From Candidatus Woesearchaeota archaeon (GTDB taxonomy: Archaea; Nanobdellota; Nanobdellia; Woesearchaeales; SKIA01), in NCBI GenBank assembly GCA_007116645.1, contig SKIA01000001.1:9896-33895 (forward strand): 24,000 bases of DNA, read 5' to 3'. Of the stretch, positions 1 to 8,902 are shown piece by piece (the first letter of the stretch is position 1; each line of letters starts with the position of its first letter). A program made the position numbers and the translations under genes. Below the pieces are notes generated by a model. That model searched no databases. It was not told the origin of the DNA and worked only from the letters and a program-made list of their open reading frames with translations.

Positions 1-171
1 TTTCAAATACCACCTATGAGCAACTCCTCCGCAACCAAGAATGCCTATTCCGAACTCTTTCATAAAAAAACAAGAATCTAAAAAACATTATATGTGTTAC
101 CATGATTCCACCGAAAACTTTTCGGTTTTGATCTCGGAAATATTATAAATCTGGAATTTTAAATACCTTAA

Positions 172-1137
172 ATGAGACTAGAGCAAACCTTGCAGAGCGT
201 GTTGATTAATCTTAAAGAGAACGCCTCGACTTTGCAAGGAGTCCGTGTAGGCGTCTTTGGCTCGGTATCCTATGCGAATGTTCGAGACACTTCCGATATA
301 GATTTGATGGTAGTATTAGATAGTGACCACGATGAAGTTGGCGAAAAAAGCTTTTTTAGAAAACTTTTGGGGAGCCCATTTTATTCGCCTTTTACATCTA
401 TAAACCATGTGAGCAGTGAGGATGCTGGCGAATTCGCCGAGGACAAGATTCAAATACTGCAAGTAGAAAGCTTGATAGATGTGGCACCATGGACAGAAAA
501 TACGCTTCCTACTGTGTTACCTTTCGATTTTTACATAGCCAAAAGAGGTGTATTGGAGCAAATTTGTGCTCTTGAACCGGGCGGCGAGGTAATCCAGAAG
601 TACTCATCTGCACCCCAGCGTAAAGCTATAGCGCCCTACTATTTTATGACCACTGCAGGCAAGAAAATTGTTTATGAACAACAGATAGAGTTGCTACATG
701 AAGATGGTTCTTTCGCTGTTTTAGGGAATGGACAAAATGGAACGGTGAAGGCCTCGGACGCAGGAAGCCTATTCAATAGTTATAGAAAGCACAGTCCTGG
801 ACTCCCACGCGTCCGCAATTCAGATGACCCTTCAGTTGAAGGTAGAATATTTATCGGAACGACCGGAGACAAAGTGTTGTCAATGTCTATGCTCCACGAC
901 CCGGAGGGTGAATTAGCTGAGAGTCTCATTTTTCGTTCGTGGTGTCGCGTGACGGAGGATCTTACTAAGGTACAAGCAACCTTTGATCATCCTGCACAGC
1001 TGCTACAAAGATACTCTTCTGGACGATTTGGAGATTCATATCTCCAGCGAGTGCGAGCAATCGACCAAACTGCGCGGTCAGGGCAATTTGTTAAAGGACT
1101 ATTCACAATGGACCTTGGAAACCATAGTTTACGCTAA
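172..1137 (+). CDS. Nucleotidyltransferase-fold (MNT/Pol-beta-like) domain protein
   Basis: Track ORF of 321 aa. The N-terminus has 'VGVFGSVSYANVRDTSDIDLMVVLDSD', matching the GS...DxD nucleotidyltransferase signature. AT-rich TATA-like 'tattataaat' (141-150) lies about 22-31 nt upstream of ATG 172. Confidence 0.75.
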   Translation: MRLEQTLQSVLINLKENASTLQGVRVGVFGSVSYANVRDTSDIDLMVVLDSDHDEVGEKSFFRKLLGSPFYSPFTSINHVSSEDAGEFAEDKIQILQVESLIDVAPWTENTLPTVLPFDFYIAKRGVLEQICALEPGGEVIQKYSSAPQRKAIAPYYFMTTAGKKIVYEQQIELLHEDGSFAVLGNGQNGTVKASDAGSLFNSYRKHSPGLPRVRNSDDPSVEGRIFIGTTGDKVLSMSMLHDPEGELAESLIFRSWCRVTEDLTKVQATFDHPAQLLQRYSSGRFGDSYLQRVRAIDQTARSGQFVKGLFTMDLGNHSLR

Positions 1138-1198
1138 TGGAAAGTAAGAAAGAAATATTTTTATATGTAGGAATAGCAATTATGCTAGGAGCAGATCT

Positions 1199-2029
1199 AT
1201 GGAAATGACATTATTAGGTAGTGGCGGAGTCACCCCGGCCCCTCGTATTGGTTCTAAGACCTCTGTCACTGCATTAGCAAAAAACGGAGGTCCTGATTTC
1301 AGGACAGGCTCTTCTTTTTTCGTACACGACGCACACCTGCTATTCGATACTCCTGAAGAAGTACGATTTCAACTCTTGAGGCAAAGCATTGATCGCATTG
1401 ATGCAGTTATCCTAACTCACTGGCACCCAGACCATACATTAGGTATCCGAGTTTTAGAGCAATATAATTGGGATTTTGTTCATAAGAAACCAGTACGTGA
1501 ACCTATACCAGTATACATCTCAAAACAGCAATTGACCTGGTTCAAAGAGTATTCTTGCGGAGGCTTTCTTGAGTTTTATCAGAAAAAAGGGTTCATCAAA
1601 ATAATATTCTTTGATTCACATGACCGCTTAGTCTTTAATGATGTCACCGTCGAACCTATCCTGATTGAGAAAACTAAAGGGTTCTATTTTGTCATTACCG
1701 ATTCACAGGGAAAGCGAGTAGTCTACGCTCCTTGCGAATACCATGAACTGGTTGTTGACCCCTCAACCCGCGCGGTCGATATTCTTATCTCCCATAACTT
1801 GTTCTGGGAAGATGCCACCATCAGTCCACGTAAGATTCCTCCCACTGATGAAGACAGTTTTGAGCAAATGCTTACGCATGCTACTGAAATGGAAGCAGAG
1901 CGAGTTATCATCACACACATAGAGGAAACTTTCGAACTATCTCATGAACAAATGATTTCAGTGTTTAAGCAAAAATATCCTGATTTCGATGTTGTTCCAG
2001 GATATGATGGAATGAGAATCGAACTCTAA
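1199..2029 (+). CDS. Metallo-beta-lactamase fold hydrolase (PhnP / RNase Z-like superfamily)
   Basis: 276-aa ORF beginning 'MEMTLLGSGGVTPAPR' with 'ILTHWHPDHTLG' (HxHxDH-type, here HWHPDH) and later 'ISHNLFW' and 'VIITHIEE'. Confidence 0.85.
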   Translation: MEMTLLGSGGVTPAPRIGSKTSVTALAKNGGPDFRTGSSFFVHDAHLLFDTPEEVRFQLLRQSIDRIDAVILTHWHPDHTLGIRVLEQYNWDFVHKKPVREPIPVYISKQQLTWFKEYSCGGFLEFYQKKGFIKIIFFDSHDRLVFNDVTVEPILIEKTKGFYFVITDSQGKRVVYAPCEYHELVVDPSTRAVDILISHNLFWEDATISPRKIPPTDEDSFEQMLTHATEMEAERVIITHIEETFELSHEQMISVFKQKYPDFDVVPGYDGMRIEL

Positions 2030-2101
2030 AAATAACACATAGTTAAGACGTTGTCACTATTTAATGGCAATATATATAAATATTGGTTGCTTCACTACAT
2101 T

Positions 2102-3409
2102 ATGAACAAGCGAACAAACATTGGAGATTTGGAGCATCTAATAGGCGAAGAAGTCAATGTAGCAGGTTGGGTGGATACAGTCCGCGACTTGAAACACGTA
2201 CAATTCATAGTCTTAAAAGATAATACCGGCGTAGTGCAGTTAACCAACGAAAAGTCAGGAAAGAACATGGACGATTCCATTTCTAAATTGACTGCTCACT
2301 CTACAATGCGTGCGCGCGGCATTCTACAACAGAATCCAGGAGTTCGACTTAATGGTTATGAGATCATGGTTGAGAATATTGACATCTACAGCACCCCTGT
2401 AGAACAGGTGCCAATCGATGAAAACTCTTCAATTGACCTACGATTGGACTTTCGACACGTAGATCTAAGGAGGCCAGAACAGCGGTTAATTTTTGAAGCA
2501 CAAACTTTGGCAGAGCATGCGATGCGTGAATATTGGACTGAAAACGGATTTTTAGAAATTCACTCTCCCAAACTAATGTCAGGAGCGAGCGAATCAGGAG
2601 CAGAACTATTCACTCTGGACTACTTTGGAGAGCAAGCCAGTTTAGCCCAATCCCCACAATTCTATAAACAAATGGCCATGGCAGGGGGATTAGAAAGAGT
2701 ATTCGAGATCGGACCCGTTTTTCGAGCTAACAATTCCAAAACCAGAAGACATGATACCGAATTCACAAGTGTGGACGTGGAGATGTCTTGGATTGATTCT
2801 CACTACGATGTAATTGATGTTGAGCAAGACTGGCTGCATCACGTTCTTACAACTGTGTACGACCAGATGGGCGATAAACTAGCGGATGCTTTTGGCGCGG
2901 ATCCAACAGTTCCGACTTTGCCTTTTCCTGTTGTTCCCTTAAGTACTGCACACGAAATAGTTCGCAGCATGGGACATATTGTTCCCGAAGAAAAAGGAGG
3001 CGATTTAGATCCGGTTGCGGAGCGATTGCTTTCACGCCACATAAAAAAAACGCTAGGGCATGATTTTGTATTCGTAACAGATTATCCGGCTTCGTTGCGA
3101 CCTTTTTATCATATGAAATCAGAATCAAAACCTGAACTCACCAAGAGTTTCGATTTAATTTGGAACGGAGTTGAGGTCACGACGGGCGCTCAAAGAGAAC
3201 ACAGATATGATATTCTACAGCAACAAGCAATTGACAAAGCGATGAGCCCCGAATCAATAAAAGATTATCTTGGATTTTTTAAACATGGCTGTCCACCTCA
3301 TGGAGGATATGGTTTTGGACTTACACGCATGCTTATGCAAATAACCAATCAACCTAGCGTAAAAGAAGTAACCTACATGCATAGAGGGCCAACAAGACTA
3401 CGGCCTTGA
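2102..3409 (+). CDS. aspS: Aspartyl-tRNA synthetase, archaeal/eukaryal type
   Basis: The track ORF opens at TTG 2051; in-frame ATG 2102 (MNKRTNIGDLEHLIGEEVNVAGWV) is the more natural start. Class II motifs: 'FRANNSKTRRHDTEFTSVDVEMSW', 'GAQREHRYDIL', and 'GGYGFGLTRMLMQI' with C-terminal 'HRGPTRLRP'. Confidence 0.93.
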   Translation: MNKRTNIGDLEHLIGEEVNVAGWVDTVRDLKHVQFIVLKDNTGVVQLTNEKSGKNMDDSISKLTAHSTMRARGILQQNPGVRLNGYEIMVENIDIYSTPVEQVPIDENSSIDLRLDFRHVDLRRPEQRLIFEAQTLAEHAMREYWTENGFLEIHSPKLMSGASESGAELFTLDYFGEQASLAQSPQFYKQMAMAGGLERVFEIGPVFRANNSKTRRHDTEFTSVDVEMSWIDSHYDVIDVEQDWLHHVLTTVYDQMGDKLADAFGADPTVPTLPFPVVPLSTAHEIVRSMGHIVPEEKGGDLDPVAERLLSRHIKKTLGHDFVFVTDYPASLRPFYHMKSESKPELTKSFDLIWNGVEVTTGAQREHRYDILQQQAIDKAMSPESIKDYLGFFKHGCPPHGGYGFGLTRMLMQITNQPSVKEVTYMHRGPTRLRP

Positions 3410-3516
3410 AAACCGAAATTGATCAAGCTTGTTGTGAGCTTAAGGCAATAGCGCCACAGTTGAGTTAGTCACACACGAGGAACATCATAGGTCAAAGCTT
3501 GTTACCCAGAGCGCAA

Positions 3517-3527
3517 GTATTTAAAAC
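3517..3527 (+). promoter_or_regulatory. TATA-like promoter element for rli1
   Basis: 'gtatttaaaac' lies about 22-32 nt upstream of ATG 3549, fitting a near-leaderless archaeal transcript. Confidence 0.5.
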
Positions 3528-3548
3528 TCGTCTGCGGTCTAATCATGT

Positions 3549-5288
3549 ATGACGCGAATTGCAGTAGTAGAAGCAGACAAGTGCGACCAATCAAAATGTG
3601 GCGGCCTGTACTGCGCAAAGGTTTGTCCTATCAATAGAGCAGGAGACGAATGCGTCTATGAAGGAGAAGACCGAAAAGCAAAAATCATCGAGTCAATGTG
3701 TGTTGGCTGCGGAATTTGCCCAAAAAAATGTCCCACAAACGCAATCACTATCGTTAACCTCCCAGACGAGTTTAACGAGCAACCCATCCACAAATACGGA
3801 GAGTCAGGATTTCAACTCTACAACCTACCCATCCCAGTCTTTGGAAAAGTCGTAGGACTATTAGGACGAAACGGTATTGGAAAGAGTACTGCAGTAAAGA
3901 TCTTGGCAGGAATGCTTAAACCAAACCTGAAAACAGACCGAGAAGTTGAACTTGACGAGCTCATCCATTATTTCAAAGGAACAGAAGCACAAAGTTATTT
4001 TGAGCGCTTAAAAGAAGGAAAAATTAAGGTTGCCTACAAACCGCAACAAGTAGAAGCAATTCCAAAAACATTCAAAGGAACAGTAAAAGAGCTCTTAACA
4101 AAAGTTGATGAGAAACAACAACTCGAAGAGATCGCAAACACCTTAGAGCTCGAACACATCCTTGACAGAAGTATAGACCACATCAGTGGTGGAGAGCTGC
4201 AACGAGTAGCGATTGCAGCAACAGTTCTTAGAAAAGCAAACGTGTACTTTTTTGACGAACCAACAAGCTATCTTGACATTAAGCAAAGAATCAAAATTAG
4301 CCGATTCATCAAAAACCTAGCAGACGAACACACAGCAGTAGTCGTTATTGAACACGACCTCATCATTCTTGATTACCTCACAGATCTTGTGCACTTAATG
4401 TACGGAAAAGAGAACGCGTACGGAATCGTCTCGCAACCAAAGAGCACAAGAAACGGAATTAACATTTACCTTTCAGGATACCTTCCCGAAGAAAACATGC
4501 GCTTTCGCTCAAACCACATCACGTTTGACATCCGCGGAGTACGAGAAATTGAACGAGACTCATTTCTTGCTGACTGGGAAGAGTTTAGCGTAAAGAAAGG
4601 AGAGTTCTCGCTGAAAGCAGATAAAGGAACCATTCATACTCACGACATCATAGGAATCCTTGGAGAGAACGGAATAGGAAAAACCACGTTTGTAAAACGC
4701 CTAGCAGAAATTGAAGGAGAAACAAAACACGGAGCACTACGCGTCGCGTTCAAACCACAATATCCTCCTGCAGATGATACGCTTGTCATGACGCACCTTA
4801 TGCAAGCAATGAAGTATGATGTGCAACTCATCAAGCCACTTGAACTAGAAGAGCTGTACGAAAGGCAATTAAACCAATTATCAGGAGGACAACTCCAACG
4901 AGTTATTATCGCAAAAACACTTGCAGAAGAAGCCGACTTGTACTTGCTTGACGAACCATCAGCATACCTTGACGTTGAACAACGACTTCGCATGTCAAAA
5001 ATTATTCGCGACATGATGGAGCTTAAAGGAAAAGCATGCCTTGTTGTCGACCACGACTTATTGTTCATAGATTATCTCTCAGAAAAACTGATAGTGTTTG
5101 ACGGAACGCCAGCAGTATCAGGACACGCAAAGGGACCCTACACCATGGAAGGCGGAATGAACCAATTCTTATCAGATCTTGGAATAACATTCAGACGAGA
5201 TGAAGACTCGGGAAGACCAAGAGTCAATAAAATCAATTCTGTAAAAGATAAAGAACAACGAGCAAGCGGAAACTTGTACTACTCGTAA
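3549..5288 (+). CDS. rli1: ABCE1/Rli1 ribosome recycling/splitting ATPase
   Basis: 579 aa. N-terminal Cys-rich Fe-S region 'CDQSKCGGLYCAKVCPINRAGDEC...CVGCGICPKKCP', two ABC cassettes (GRNGIGKST, GENGIGKTT; LSGGQLQR-type signatures ISGGELQR and LSGGQLQR), and typical C-terminus 'MNQFLSDLGITFRRDEDSGRPRVNK'. Confidence 0.98.
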   Translation: MTRIAVVEADKCDQSKCGGLYCAKVCPINRAGDECVYEGEDRKAKIIESMCVGCGICPKKCPTNAITIVNLPDEFNEQPIHKYGESGFQLYNLPIPVFGKVVGLLGRNGIGKSTAVKILAGMLKPNLKTDREVELDELIHYFKGTEAQSYFERLKEGKIKVAYKPQQVEAIPKTFKGTVKELLTKVDEKQQLEEIANTLELEHILDRSIDHISGGELQRVAIAATVLRKANVYFFDEPTSYLDIKQRIKISRFIKNLADEHTAVVVIEHDLIILDYLTDLVHLMYGKENAYGIVSQPKSTRNGINIYLSGYLPEENMRFRSNHITFDIRGVREIERDSFLADWEEFSVKKGEFSLKADKGTIHTHDIIGILGENGIGKTTFVKRLAEIEGETKHGALRVAFKPQYPPADDTLVMTHLMQAMKYDVQLIKPLELEELYERQLNQLSGGQLQRVIIAKTLAEEADLYLLDEPSAYLDVEQRLRMSKIIRDMMELKGKACLVVDHDLLFIDYLSEKLIVFDGTPAVSGHAKGPYTMEGGMNQFLSDLGITFRRDEDSGRPRVNKINSVKDKEQRASGNLYYS

Positions 5289-5290
5289 CT

Positions 5291-6352
5291 TCAATAAATT
5301 ACTGCGCAACTAGATACGTCTTGAGCGTGTTGTTTTGCAACTAACTCAATAACTTGCTGCTCTGCAGAACTCTGGGCAACAGAGCGAGCAATTGTAATTG
5401 AACGATCGTGTGCGGCATTGTAACTGTACATTATGCGCTCTGACAATACATAACCTGCAAGGTAGTAGTCAGTGTGGCGCAAGTATCGTTCAAGAGCTCT
5501 ACCAAACAATGCTTCTTGTCCACCATAGTATGCTTGTGATGGTTTAGTAACAGGGTCAAATCCCATTCTGGGGGGCGCAGTCATGACGCATTCTTCAACA
5601 TCTATGAAGAATCCAGGATCTTCTTCAATCATAACAAGATAACGATCGACCTGCCTAGCAGTTGATGCAAAAGCTATTGCGCCAAATGAGCGTTCTCGCA
5701 AGACAGCTTGTGAATCAAAAATGCACTGAATGCAACGGTCAGGAGGGCTGTTTTGCCAAAAACTAATCAGTGCTGATAATTCCTCCATGTAACCATTGCT
5801 ATACTCAATAAGCACGACAGGGACGTGACTGTCGCTGCCAAGTGGCTGGTTAATGATTTGATTTGCCTGCCAGTAATCAGAAGTAGCTTCTTTGAAGGCG
5901 TAATCAGCAGGAAGCGCTGTTGCAAGAAATATCTGCGGAAGGGCAAAAACTAAAGCAATGACGATTACCACGAAAAAAGTAAGTGCTTCAAGCTCGTGAA
6001 TTCTTTCGTGACGAGAAACAGGTTTTGTGAGTTGAAAAAATACGGTTGCGCCAAGAACCAGTGCAGGAACTACTGCAACAAACGATACTACAACCCATGG
6101 CATGAACGTGTCAGGAAGGAGAAATGAAAAAAAGACAAAAACAATAATCGCTGCAGCAATACTTATCATTCCTGCTTCAGCTGCTAAGCGGGTTTTTTCC
6201 TTGAGATGTTTTCTTGACCACGCCCAAAACGCGAGTGGAATGACAATCCATAATGCATAAACTGATACTCCGAACAAAGCCACCCAAGCGACGAGTGTCG
6301 CAATGATTGCCGTTCCGAGTAGGCCTTTTGAAGAAAAGTGTTTTTGTATCAC
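5291..6352 (-). CDS. Multi-TM integral membrane protein with hydrophilic C-terminal domain, unknown function
   Basis: 353-aa ORF. The first ~170 aa hold several hydrophobic segments (IATLVAWVALFGVSVYALWIVIPLAFWAW; IAAAIIVFVFFSFLL; WVVVSFVAVVPALVLGATVFF; FFVVIVIALVFALP), followed by a soluble domain with 'CIQCIF'. Confidence 0.7.
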   Translation of the reverse strand: MIQKHFSSKGLLGTAIIATLVAWVALFGVSVYALWIVIPLAFWAWSRKHLKEKTRLAAEAGMISIAAAIIVFVFFSFLLPDTFMPWVVVSFVAVVPALVLGATVFFQLTKPVSRHERIHELEALTFFVVIVIALVFALPQIFLATALPADYAFKEATSDYWQANQIINQPLGSDSHVPVVLIEYSNGYMEELSALISFWQNSPPDRCIQCIFDSQAVLRERSFGAIAFASTARQVDRYLVMIEEDPGFFIDVEECVMTAPPRMGFDPVTKPSQAYYGGQEALFGRALERYLRHTDYYLAGYVLSERIMYSYNAAHDRSITIARSVAQSSAEQQVIELVAKQHAQDVSSCAVIY

Positions 6353-6424
6353 AAGCTCACCTAATAACCCTTTTTAGCATAAGGGTCTTTTAAATGTATT
6401 GTGCCATAGAGTTAATATAGTTTT

Positions 6425-6970
6425 GTGTATGGATACATGACCGTGCGATATGAAGTAGGTAAAGGAATTGTTATTGCTTGTGCAGTAGTGTGCCTCTCGT
6501 TTTTTTTATTATTCACATTTCACGCGACAACGCCTCAACAAGCACAAGCAAAACAGTATTTGGACGGAATAAGCGAGCAAGCACCATTTTTTGGTGATGA
6601 ACAAGAACACATGGTTGATGTGAAAAATGTTCTTGACGGAGCACGAATTTTTTCAGCAATCATAATAGTGCTAGGACTTGTCGCGTTTGAGCGCAGAACG
6701 CGCTTTTCTTCAGTGTTTGCGGGTACTGTGCTTATCGGACTCCCACTGATCTTAGTTATGCTTCCTTGGGACGTGTTGTTTACACAGTTTCACCACATCT
6801 TTTTCCCACAGGGAAACTGGATATTTGCATACAACTCAGAAATCATTCAGACATACCCACAATCATTGTTCATGTGGTTTGCAGGAATTTGGGCAGGCAT
6901 ATGTTTATTAACAGGGGCTGCGCTCATGAAACTCTGGGGCAATGGTAACAAGAAACAAATTCACAATTGA
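6425..6970 (+). CDS. DUF1461-like (TIGR01906-like) integral membrane protein
   Basis: 181 aa with about four TM segments and the motif 'FHHIFFPQGNWIFAYNSEIIQTYPQSLF', characteristic of DUF1461 proteins as I recall it; needs a profile search. Confidence 0.6.
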   Translation: MYGYMTVRYEVGKGIVIACAVVCLSFFLLFTFHATTPQQAQAKQYLDGISEQAPFFGDEQEHMVDVKNVLDGARIFSAIIIVLGLVAFERRTRFSSVFAGTVLIGLPLILVMLPWDVLFTQFHHIFFPQGNWIFAYNSEIIQTYPQSLFMWFAGIWAGICLLTGAALMKLWGNGNKKQIHN

Positions 6971-7469
6971 TAAACTGTTCTTGTACACCCCACTGGATAT
7001 TGATAAGGCAACATCATTTTTGAGCCATGTACGATCCCCCTTAGAAATTGACGAGCTTTCTTTGTATGGGGCCACTCAAGTAAATTTACGGTTTAAAACC
7101 ACAGGAAAGATCGCAGAGTTAAAAGTTGCGCGCAACATTGAACCTGCACTATTACATGAAAAAATCAGTGCGCAACTAGGAGGCATTATGCCACAGTCAA
7201 GCATCCGCACTAGTACTCGCGATGCAGCAGCAGTACGAAATATGCGCTCTCTAATCGCATTTTTTTCTGATTACCAACAACCACTGTATATCACAGCACA
7301 AGTTCATAATCGGACGTACGGATTTATTGAGGATGTTTTTGTGCTTGGCACAAACCCTTCTGCAAGTAGCTCACCACAACATACGTTCGACTGTGCAAAT
7401 ATCTGGCGCACAGAACTACCAGAACTCTTTCGATCACAATACGAAACCAAAATCCCTATACGACGCTAA
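6942..7469 (+). CDS. Hypothetical protein, translationally overlapping the preceding ORF
   Basis: 175-aa ORF starting at ATG 6942, 29-nt overlap with the upstream membrane protein ORF; no recognised motif. Confidence 0.6.
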   Translation: MVTRNKFTIDKLFLYTPLDIDKATSFLSHVRSPLEIDELSLYGATQVNLRFKTTGKIAELKVARNIEPALLHEKISAQLGGIMPQSSIRTSTRDAAAVRNMRSLIAFFSDYQQPLYITAQVHNRTYGFIEDVFVLGTNPSASSSPQHTFDCANIWRTELPELFRSQYETKIPIRR

Positions 7470-7545
7470 TTAAACATTAAATATATGAGAGTATATGCAG
7501 GCATATGTTTATTAATGTGAATGGCTGTTAAGACAAGAATCAACA

Positions 7546-7896
7546 ATGATAACAAACAGTAACTTCCCTAAGCGACTAGAAATACGCACGACAGCAGATA
7601 TGGACCGCATGAAGCGAGTGATGGAAGCAAGCGACTCTCCATTCATACTTGCAGGCATGAACTTAGGCAATACTGCTCCACGGATTAGTTACGGAATCAC
7701 CAATAGCACAGGACTGTTCACACTGACCGCACCATCATTTGATATTCCAAGACGAGAACCATACCTTAATGCACGCAGTAAAATGGGATTTGGACCTGCA
7801 AGAAGTGTTGTTGAAGGAGTGCTTGCTTCAGCAGTGCACGCACCAGATTTGGGAAGAGCACTTAGCATGTTTAACACCAAATTGGATGGTATATGA
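7546..7896 (+). CDS. Hypothetical protein
   Basis: 116-aa ORF with ATG 7546; stop TGA overlaps the next small ORF. Confidence 0.5.
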   Translation: MITNSNFPKRLEIRTTADMDRMKRVMEASDSPFILAGMNLGNTAPRISYGITNSTGLFTLTAPSFDIPRREPYLNARSKMGFGPARSVVEGVLASAVHAPDLGRALSMFNTKLDGI

Positions 7897-8039
7897 TGGC
7901 ACGCGCTGATCATAGAGCAGCTCCTGAATTCATCCTTGGCGAGTCATCACCAGGAAGATTCGTGTACGGAAACCTTGGTACAAGAGTTTTTGAACAGCTT
8001 GGAATTAACCCAGACAACCCGCTCAGAAGAGCGAGCTAA
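7893..8039 (+). CDS. Small hypothetical protein (48 aa), not in supplied track
   Basis: ATG 7893 overlaps the upstream stop (ATGA arrangement, 7893-7896). Hand translation: MMARADHRAAPEFILGESSPGRFVYGNLGTRVFEQLGINPDNPLRRAS*. Confidence 0.45.
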   Translation: MMARADHRAAPEFILGESSPGRFVYGNLGTRVFEQLGINPDNPLRRAS

Positions 8040-8863
8040 TCAAACGCTTTTTGCATTGCTTCTTCATCCGGTAGCGTCCAAGCAGGTGCAGTTTTCTTCT
8101 CTTGTGGTCGAAGGTCCGCCCAGTTTGGTCCGAGGTAGCGAAAAAAAGACAGAAACGCGGTGAAGGCAACGTTTTTTGACGTGGGCCGCACGGCTTGTTC
8201 TTTGACCATCCAGTGACGCTCAGAAACTTCTACTGTACGCAGATGATACAATCCTTGCTTTACTGCATGATGATGAATGTGCTGTAGTTGAGATGTTGAC
8301 GGAACGTATGTCACGATGTACCCTCCTACTTTGAGGGCTTTTGAGATGTGCGGAAAAACAGTCCATGGTTCTGGCATGTCAAGGATGACTGCGTCAAGGT
8401 CTGTTTCGTGGATTCCTTGAGAGACATCATGAAGATGGAATGTTACGTTATCAAGGTCAAAACTTTCAACGTTTTCTTTAGCAACCGAAAGGTGTTCGTT
8501 GTTGATGTCGTAACTAAAGACTTCTTTGCAGTGTTGTCCGAGCAAGATAGTGAGTGCTCCTGAGCCACTTCCTGCTTCAAGAACGCGGCTTTGCGGCGTA
8601 AGACCCGCAGTGGTCATGATCACGCCAGCGTCTTTGAATGTTATAATTTGTGCTTCTCGACGAATGCGCTTGTAACGGTCAATGAAGTGAGGTGTGAACA
8701 CAACAAGTGTTTCTCCTGCATCTGTCGCAACGATATCTCCGTCTTGTGCTTTTTCAAGCGTTTGGGCAGTGATTCGTCCGTACTGAGTGTGTACGTCAGC
8801 ACTGGAAGACTCTTGAATAAAGGTTCTTCCTGTTCCTGAAATAAGCATTCTGTGAACTCGCAT
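8036..8863 (-). CDS. trmI: tRNA (adenine-N1)-methyltransferase, TrmI family
   Basis: 275 aa, SAM-binding 'VLEAGSGSGALTILLG' followed by 'FSYDINNEHLSVAKENV' and 'DAVILDMPEPW', the TrmI-type DMPxPW catalytic loop. Confidence 0.93.
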   Translation of the reverse strand: MRVHRMLISGTGRTFIQESSSADVHTQYGRITAQTLEKAQDGDIVATDAGETLVVFTPHFIDRYKRIRREAQIITFKDAGVIMTTAGLTPQSRVLEAGSGSGALTILLGQHCKEVFSYDINNEHLSVAKENVESFDLDNVTFHLHDVSQGIHETDLDAVILDMPEPWTVFPHISKALKVGGYIVTYVPSTSQLQHIHHHAVKQGLYHLRTVEVSERHWMVKEQAVRPTSKNVAFTAFLSFFRYLGPNWADLRPQEKKTAPAWTLPDEEAMQKAFD

Positions 8864-8902
8864 ACGAAATAGGAGCGTGGGCGAATAAAAAAGGGTTTGG
8901 GT

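Noticed and set aside
3410-3548. Repeated 'aagcttgtt' words (around 3425 and 3496) in the aspS-rli1 gap
   Set aside because: Two 9-mers in an AT-moderate intergenic region without symmetry or spacing logic; likely chance.
7474-7527. Inverted words 'acattaa'/'ttaatgt' and repeated 'tatatg/catatg' in the 7470-7545 gap
   Set aside because: Short AT-rich complementarity expected by chance; probably just the promoter region of 7546.
7936-8163. 75-aa + ORF
   Set aside because: Mostly antisense to the C-terminal end of trmI and out of frame with the better-supported 7893..8039 small ORF.
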